A stretch of DNA of 64,000 bases from Octopus vulgaris (lineage: Eukaryota). Below are positions 56,235 through 64,000 of the stretch, in pieces; position 1 is the first letter of the stretch, and each line of letters opens with the position of its first letter. The stretch is taken from contig OX597814.1 in assembly GCA_951406725.2 (NCBI GenBank), positions 220,596,001 through 220,660,000 on the forward strand, read 5' to 3'. A program made the position numbers and the translations under genes. The notes under the pieces were generated by a model. That model worked only from the letters and a program-made list of their open reading frames with translations. It had not been told where the DNA came from and searched no databases.

Positions 56235-56327
<93 letters not shown>

Positions 56328-56328
56328 G
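56218..56328. repeat. (AAT)n microsatellite
   Basis: Seen directly in the sequence. Confidence 0.97.
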
Positions 56329-57019
56329 CAAATAAATAAATAAACCTTGTTTGCATTTGAACTTAAAAACTGACTTAGCATCTCTAAGCATCCAATCCAA
56401 CTCCCTGATGTATCAGTCACTTCAACTGCATTACACAGTGTAATCATAAATGCGAATGTGAGCTTCCCTAGAGGCTTTTTAGAGTCAGTACTTATATTCT
56501 GTTTTTAGGATAATAAGCAACTGAAAGAGATAAGTTTATCTCAAGTAACCTTCTCAAATAACCTGGGTACTACTTATTCCCAAAAGCTAGATGAAGTGAG
56601 GTGTGTAAACTTAGGCTTAACAACTAAAATACAAACTGCTTTCAGTAATTAACTCCAAAAACGTACCACGAGGGAAGGAATTACTGTTAAGAATTAGTTC
56701 ATTGAACTAAACTATTGATTTAACAATTGCGCCTTAAATAATTCTGTTTTCTGCAGCAAACTGTGTTGTTTTTATTATGCTTATCAATTTCATAAATAAG
56801 TTGCTGTCAAACACTGTCTAACACATATCTACATAAAAAGAATAAGAAAAAAACCTTTTAAATTAACCAAAGTGATGATTTTGTTTTTCTTGTTTGAAAA
56901 GCCAAAATGTTTTAATTCAATTCTGGAGATAATCTCAAATTTTAATGAGAAATTGATTCTTATTAAAGCCCCCCACCACTCACCCAAAATTACGTTTTCA
57001 AAGAATACTTCTGCATCTG

Positions 57020-57053
<34 letters not shown>

Positions 57054-57235
57054 CCACATATTTATCATCATTGTTGTAATGTCTACTTTTTCATGCTTGC
57101 ATGGGTCAGGTGGAATTTGTTGAAGCAGATTTTCAATGGCCAAATGTTCTTCTAATTACCAGACCTCATCTGTTTCTAAGCAAGGTAATATATCCCCATG
57201 GCTGAACACGTTCTCACAGAATATTGGAAATGAAG

Positions 57236-57515
57236 GCTGGTGGCACGTAAAAAGCACCATCCGATCGTGGCCATTGCCAGCCTCGCTTGGCCCCTGTGCC
57301 GGTGGCACGTAAAAAGCACCATCCGACCATGGCCGCTTGCCAGCCCCGTCTGTCACCTGTGCCGGTGGCACATAAAAAGCACCATCCGACCATGGCCGTT
57401 TGCCAGCCCCGTCTGGCACCTGTGCCAGTGGCACATAAAAAGCACCCACTACACTCACGGAGTGGCTGGTGTTAGGAAGGGCATCCAGCCGTAGAAACAT
57501 TGCCAGATGATGATG
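57236..57515 (+). mobile_element. SINE family C fragment with four starts of an internal unit of about 62-65 bp
   Basis: 'ggtggcac(g/a)taaaaagcacc' near 57239, 57301, 57364 and 57428. Confidence 0.8.
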
Positions 57516-59952
57516 AAGGCCTCTGTAAGTATCACACTTTTTCAAAACAAGCAGACACACACACATACATAGATACATATATGAATAAGAATGTGTAGTA
57601 ATAAGTTTGTTATCCAGCCATATGGTTCCAGGTTTAGTCCTACTGCGAGGCACCTTGGGTAAGTGTCTTCTACTATAGCCTCAAGCCAATCAAAGCTTTG
57701 TGAGTGAAGAGACCGATAGTAAAAATACTGAGCTTAAAGAAAAAAGGAATTACTGGGGTCAATTCGTTCGACTAAAAGATTATTCATGATGGTGCTCCAG
57801 CATGGCCACAGTCTAGTGACTGGAAACGAGTAAAAGATAAAATGTAAATATGGTGACTTGTAGTGGAGGGAATCCAAATAATTCTGATGTTCATGCATTT
57901 TGAAAGACAGAAAGTATGGAAGCTAAGAGAAAGCATTCCGGTTGAGAACAAATATAGAATGATCTTGTTTTAATCCACATTAAAATTCATTTTGCTGCCC
58001 TTGCATTTGTTAATACCAGTGGAAAAGGTACTTGAAATCAAAATTTTCAATTTTTGGCAAACAGTGACCAGAACTCAGTTGAGAACACACAATACTTTAT
58101 AACTAACGGGCTGCTGAGAGAAGGGAAATTCTGTGTGGTCATCCAACTTGCTACAATAAGCAGCTAGATTTCCATCATCAAATCCTGCTGTCATAAAAAA
58201 GAGAAGAGTGCACTGGATAATATAGTTTGACATACAACTATTTCTGAATGAAAAAAGCAAGTTGATCATAGTTGGAATTTATTTGATGATAAGTCTACCA
58301 AATCAGAGGTGAATTGGGTAAAACACTATTATAACTACCACTAACAAGTTCACATTACCAGACTAAACTTTGACATAGTCCTCCAAACATTTGAGCCCCT
58401 TGATAACATTAATAACAGAAAATACCATTAACTCTTTTAGAAAATATGTCATAAATTAGACTGTTATTGGATATGCTCCATGCAACAGTCCAGTTTGATA
58501 GAAGCTGATTAAAGCTAACTGAAAGTAATAAAAACGACGATATATATTGAAGACACTTGTCTATAGTAAGGAAAGTATAATGTTTTATTTGGTTATTAAT
58601 CAATGTTTTTATATAATCTTACTGCAGTATTGCATCTGCATATCATTTTGTTTCTGTTATTCCATTTCTATTCCAAAAACTACATTCATTAGTAATATCG
58701 ATCTTAATTTTAAAAAACATGTGTCCTCTCCATATGAACTGTCATACTTTATGACTATGTGTATATATATATATATATGTGTTAAACGATGATGATGATG
58801 ATATATATATATACATACACACACATAAACAAACAAACAAACAAGATCGGTTTATTATATGTACTTCATGCCATCATATATGACCAGTAAAAAGAGAAAA
58901 AAAAGTTTCCAAATACACTAAGGGGTTAGTAAAATGCTTTGGTTTCATAACATTAATTAGATGAGACATTTTCTTCAAATAGAAAGTCTGTTTCATTCTT
59001 TTTATCCTCATCTTCACAATTGGGAAATGAGGCTTCAGTGATTCAACGCCATTGAAATGAAGCTTCAGGAATTCTTTGCACCTTGCCTCCGTGTAATACA
59101 TATATTTTTCTCAGCTTCAATTACCCAACTACTCCAAACTTTTGCTTTCTGTGTGAAGTTAATTTGTAAGGGTTAGTAAAATCATGTAATTTTATTCCTA
59201 TCTGTAAAAGCTTGGTGAAAAATGCTTGAAGTGGATTTGAACTCAAGAGCTAAGAGCTAGTATTTCAATACTCTTATCTGTTCAACAATTTCACTAGGAC
59301 ATAATTATGACATCTGGTATGGAGCTTGAGGTGATGGAGTTCAATTTCCAATATAATCCTATATTTTCATTATTAATTAACAAATAGCAGAATCCTACTT
59401 CATGCTTTTCCAATGAGGAATCTATCATGCAACTCTTTAAAAGAAATATATACATATTTAAACAAATTAAATAAATCTTTCAATTAATAAACTTAACCAT
59501 TTACACATAGAGTGTGTTAAAGTATATTAATATAACTTTATTACACTTACCAAATGCTAATTTCAGAAGACAATGACTGTTAAAATTACCAATAGAATAA
59601 GTAATGGAAAAGCTAATAAAATTAAAATCTTCAATGAATGCAAACAATGATGATTATAATTGTAACTGAGTAAATCAGCAACACTATTATACATTTATAT
59701 CAGTTGCAAAGTAAAGAACCGACAGTTACACATGCAGAATTTACATGCAAACCAGCGGCGAGCAAATTGTAGTAAGTAATAAAACAACAAACAGGCAAGG
59801 ATCTATTCAGATAGCCTACCTTTGTGCAAAGATGTGATGTACTCTGTAAAAATGAATAAATTTGAATCAACAATTAAAGAGAGCAGACAATTTAATTGAT
59901 CTATATTAACAATGGTTAGTGTGTGACAGCAGTAAACCAAAAAGAATGCTGG

Positions 59953-59988
<36 letters not shown>

Positions 59989-60771
59989 TAAAGAAGACAT
60001 AACAGAATTATCAAGAGCAAAGCATATAAGGCATGGTAATAAAATGGAAAGAAAAAAGAAAAAGAAAACACGAAATCAACTCCCTGAAGAATAAATTCAA
60101 GATACGACAGTTTTTGTCTTACCTTGTACACAATTTTTCTTTACTAGAATGATATATGAGAACAGACTTGTGAATATAAAAGGAAGAAAAATACCAAAAA
60201 TAGAACTGACAAGCTATATAATTATTTCAAACAAGAGAAATAAATAGCATTGTATATTAAATGTTTGACCATTCATAATTGGTGACATCCACTGATTAGA
60301 GATTAGTTCTATTACCATCAGAAAAACTGGAAATTTAAATTGCAGTCTTCAAATTTTCCCCCAGGGCATCACCAATGTTAGTCAAGTGAAATAGCTGTAA
60401 CCAAGAATCAAAACCAGATTTATCTCCTATTCTACAATACTCATCAAAGTCACACAGTGGAAGTTGTAATGTTTACTTCTACTCCCCACTCTCTCACAAA
60501 CACACACGGTTACATACACACATACACACATACATTCACAATGGCATTGGACATTGTGTTCAAAGAGGGCTTTCTGGTGGTTGTCTATCTTCTTTTACCA
60601 GGGGATTTCTTTTATTCTGAGTGTATATAAATATATGAGAATTTTATAGAATATAGATTTTCATTCTACTCAACAAAAATAAAAGAGGAATGGAGGCTGG
60701 AAATTCCATTTATTATTGTTTGAAAGTGGCAAGACCTGAAATGACCATTTTGTTGTGGTACATAACAAATG

Positions 60772-61140
60772 AGTGTGTGTGTATGTAAGCATGCATGTAT
60801 GCATGTATGTAAGTATGTATGTATGTATGTATGTAAGTATGTATGTAGGTATGCATGCATGTAAGTATGTATGTATGTATGTGTATGTATGCATGCATGT
60901 GAGTGTATGTATGTATGCATATATATATGCATGCATGTATGTATGTATGTATGTTTGTATGCATGCATGCATGCATGTATGTATGCATGTATGCATGCAT
61001 GTATGTGTGTGTATGTGTAGTGTATGTATGTATGTATGTATGTATGTATGTATGCATGCATGTATGTATGTGTGTGTGTATGTATGTATGTATGTATGTG
61101 TGTATGTGTAAGTGTATGTGTGTGTGTAATGTGTATATAT
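60772..61140. repeat. (TATG)n/(CATG)n compound microsatellite
   Basis: Seen directly in the sequence. Confidence 0.95.
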
Positions 61141-61433
61141 GAAAAAATTCACTCCCAAAGCCTTGGTTAGCTTGGGGTTGTGGTAAAAGAAACTTGCCCA
61201 AGATAGCTAAGCGAAAGCAAGAGAGGAAGATGTTTCTGCTCAGTTATCTGGCTTCACATTATGTCAAATCCTTAAAATCCTTTAAAATGTTTTAGCCCGA
61301 AGGCCGTGGCCATGCTGGGGCACCACTGCTGTCTATCTTTTCTTTTTTTTTTTTTCACTACAGTGTCCCCTTTCATTGTTCTCATCTTTCCTCTTGCTTT
61401 CATTTTATTTTGCCATCCCTTTTCCGCCTATAA

Positions 61434-61655
61434 CCCTTTAGTATTTAAACCAGCCATATCTGGCCAAAACATTCTGCTCGTTTCATGTTCAAGCTGGCCA
61501 GATCCAGACTCCCACACTTAACCCACAATGACATTCTAAAAACATACTATCACATCATTAAAATCTGAAATGCATGAGATAACGCATGATTAATTCAAAA
61601 CAATGTGAATAAAATAAAGCTTTACATTTAACAGAGTAATCTGATTGCTAAAGGG
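61434..61655. mobile_element. piggyBac-like MITE (CCCTTTAG...CTAAAGGG)
   Basis: Terminal inverted repeats CCCTTTAG/CTAAAGGG, flanked by ATAA and TTAA (61656-61659). Related decayed copies lie at 5723-5937 and about 41985-42133. Confidence 0.7.
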
Positions 61656-61659
61656 TTAA

Positions 61660-61876
61660 CCCTTTCATTACTGTATTTTGAGATGTTCTGTGTTTCTTTC
61701 AATTACTTTAAATATAACAAAGAATTTAGTAAAATAACTTAGTTACCATTCAGCTTGTATTAGGAACTTAAATTGTGACTAAGGTTTGGTGGAAGATTTT
61801 AATTGAAACCTTAAGAAAACAAGACATTTGTACTACAGAGCCAGAGCCGGTTTCAGCCGGGTTGGTATCGAAAGGG
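61660..61876. mobile_element. piggyBac-like MITE (CCCTTTC...GAAAGGG), TTAA target duplication
   Basis: TTAA-CCCTTTCATTAC...GTATCGAAAGGG-TTAA. Confidence 0.8.
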
Positions 61877-62129
61877 TTAAACATCAGCTAACTCGCACCA
61901 TCACCCAGGTTATCTGCAATTGTCATCTGATCTAAAAGAAAGCTACTCAATCAAATATGGATTTTAAAGAAAATTTCATGGATGGATTTTCTGTTATCTG
62001 ACAGATGTAAACAAGAAACTCTGAGTAACAAGTCAAAAATTCTCACTTTTGAGAAAAAAAAAAATGTTATCCCACATGTGAGTACGTTTTTCTACATGAC
62101 AGTTTACATTTGTGGGAACATATAATCGC

Positions 62130-62274
62130 CAGGCCCAGTCTGATCCAGCAGTAGAAACACTGCCAGATCAGACTGGACCTGGCGCAGCCTTCTGGCTTCC
62201 CAGACCCCAGTTGAACCGTCCAACCCATGCTAGTATGGAGAACGGACGTTAAACGATGATGATGATGATGATGA
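62130..62274 (+). mobile_element. SINE family C, 3' fragment
   Basis: 'gtagaaacactgccagatcagactgg...aacccatgctagtatggagaacggacgttaaac(gat)n'. Confidence 0.85.
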
Positions 62275-62301
62275 TATACACACATACACAGATATACAAG
62301 T

Positions 62302-62344
<43 letters not shown>

Positions 62345-62753
62345 TACTTTACTTTACTTTTACTTGTTTCAGTCATTTGACTGCGGCCATGCTGGAGCAC
62401 CGCCTTTAGTCGAGCAAATCGACCCCGGGACTTATTCATTTTGTAAGCCCAGTACTTATTCTATTGGTCTCTTTTGCCGAACCGCCAAGTGACGGGGACG
62501 TAAGCACACCAGCATCGGTTGTCAAGCAATGCTAAGGGGACAAACACAGACACACAAACACACACACATACATATATATATACATATATACGACAGACTT
62601 CTTTCAGTTTCCATCTACCAAATCCACTCACAAGACATTGGTCAGCCCGGGGCTATAGCAGAAGACACTTGCCCAAGATGCCGTGCAGTGGGACTGAACC
62701 CGGAACCATGTGGTTGGTTAGCAAGCTACTTACCACACAGCCACTCCTGCGCC
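62345..62753 (-). mobile_element. SINE family A, full-length
   Basis: Reverse complement of the family A consensus. Confidence 0.9.
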
Positions 62754-64000
62754 TATATATATATTAAAGATAAAAAGAGAAGCTGGAAAGTACCAACAAG
62801 AACATTTATATAACCACAATTGTTTCATCTCCAAGATGCACTGTCATAACAGTGAACATCATGCTATCATTTTATACATTGCTATGTGTCCATGGACAGG
62901 TTTGTGGGCTTTGCCCCATGTGCTGTTAGTTGTTCTATGTCTGAGTAGTGCTATGAGTGTGTGTGCACGTAAGTGCAAAGTTGACGTGCTTCTATATGCT
63001 TGTGTGTGTATATAAGTGCTAACTGGAAGTCTCTGATGTGTACATGAGTATATCTGTGTACAAATGTGTGTGTGTGTGTGTGTATAATCATGTGAGTGTA
63101 TAAGTGTATTTGCCTGCAGACATGTGAGACTATGGGTGTTAATGTGCATTTGGATTTGTATGTCCTGTGGTGTGGGTGTGATGGGGCATGTGGGGGGGGG
63201 ATCTTTAATTATTACATGTTTTTTTTCCTTATAAAATACACACATACAGGAGGAGTAAATCTCTGTATATAATAACACATTAGAGAGTTGAAAATCTTCA
63301 AGTTAGGGGAGTGGTCAGACTCTATAAATGACAAATGCAGGAGATAAATCAAACAATTTCAGCAGCTCTAAATTTTGTGAAGCAAAGACAATGTGACAAA
63401 AAGTGAATCTTGCTTTAAAAACCAATAGGTGAAAACATGAAAGGGTTACCAAGTACATTGGTCTTAAACATCAGTGTTACTGACTAGAGAATTGCAATAA
63501 GTAGTCGGAAACTGAAGACAGACCTCTTGAACACCTGCCTGTATACTAAACTTGTTATCAAAGTGAAAATGTATTGGCGACAACAAAAGCCTTGAGACAA
63601 GATACAAACATATAAATTAAGATATTTCTTATAATACTGTAATGTTATTTTTTCATTTCTTTGTTTTATGTCTATTTGTCTATAGTGGCAAAGATTAGAC
63701 AAATACATATTATTGAGGCCTTGTTTTTATAGTCAGATGACTTTTTTGTTACTAACCCTTTTCAGTTATTCAAGTATAAGAGTTTCCATTCTATGTGTTT
63801 TTGAAAATGCAGATCTATCAGACATTTCGTTAATAAGGAAATGTTAAAATTCACTACAGCACAGTGAATTTTGAAAGCCGGTCTGAATGTAAACATTCCT
63901 AAAAAAGAATATACAAGAATATACACAGGAATTTACATTTACTATGCACATGCATATACAATGGGCTTCATACAGTTTCCATCAAAGTCACTCACATCAA

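Noticed and set aside
57236-57450. Regularly spaced repeats of about 20 bp resembling a CRISPR array
   Set aside because: The spacers are similar to one another, the array belongs to a SINE, the context is eukaryotic and there are no cas genes.

Overview
AT-rich eukaryotic non-coding DNA, dense in microsatellites and repeats. The SINE sequences and long (TA)n/(CA)n/(AGAT)n/(AAT)n tracts look like an octopus (coleoid cephalopod) genome; this is an inference, not a database result. I found no confidently assignable host protein-coding exon, and nearly all ORFs in the track are microsatellite or SINE translations. The window is probably intronic or intergenic. Recognisable content: (1) several SINE families, labelled A-D here; (2) a decayed Hsmar1-like mariner transposase split by two SINEs; (3) a decayed Penelope-like reverse transcriptase; (4) a LINE 3' fragment split by a non-autonomous Helitron; (5) further Helitrons and mariner-, piggyBac- and foldback-type MITEs; (6) three degenerate minimal hammerhead-ribozyme-like motifs with covarying stem I. 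A few minus-strand segments have good splice signals, including 24-nt and 21-nt candidate microexons, but these are unverified. Protein-family alignments were made by eye against motifs recalled from memory, and most element boundaries are approximate.
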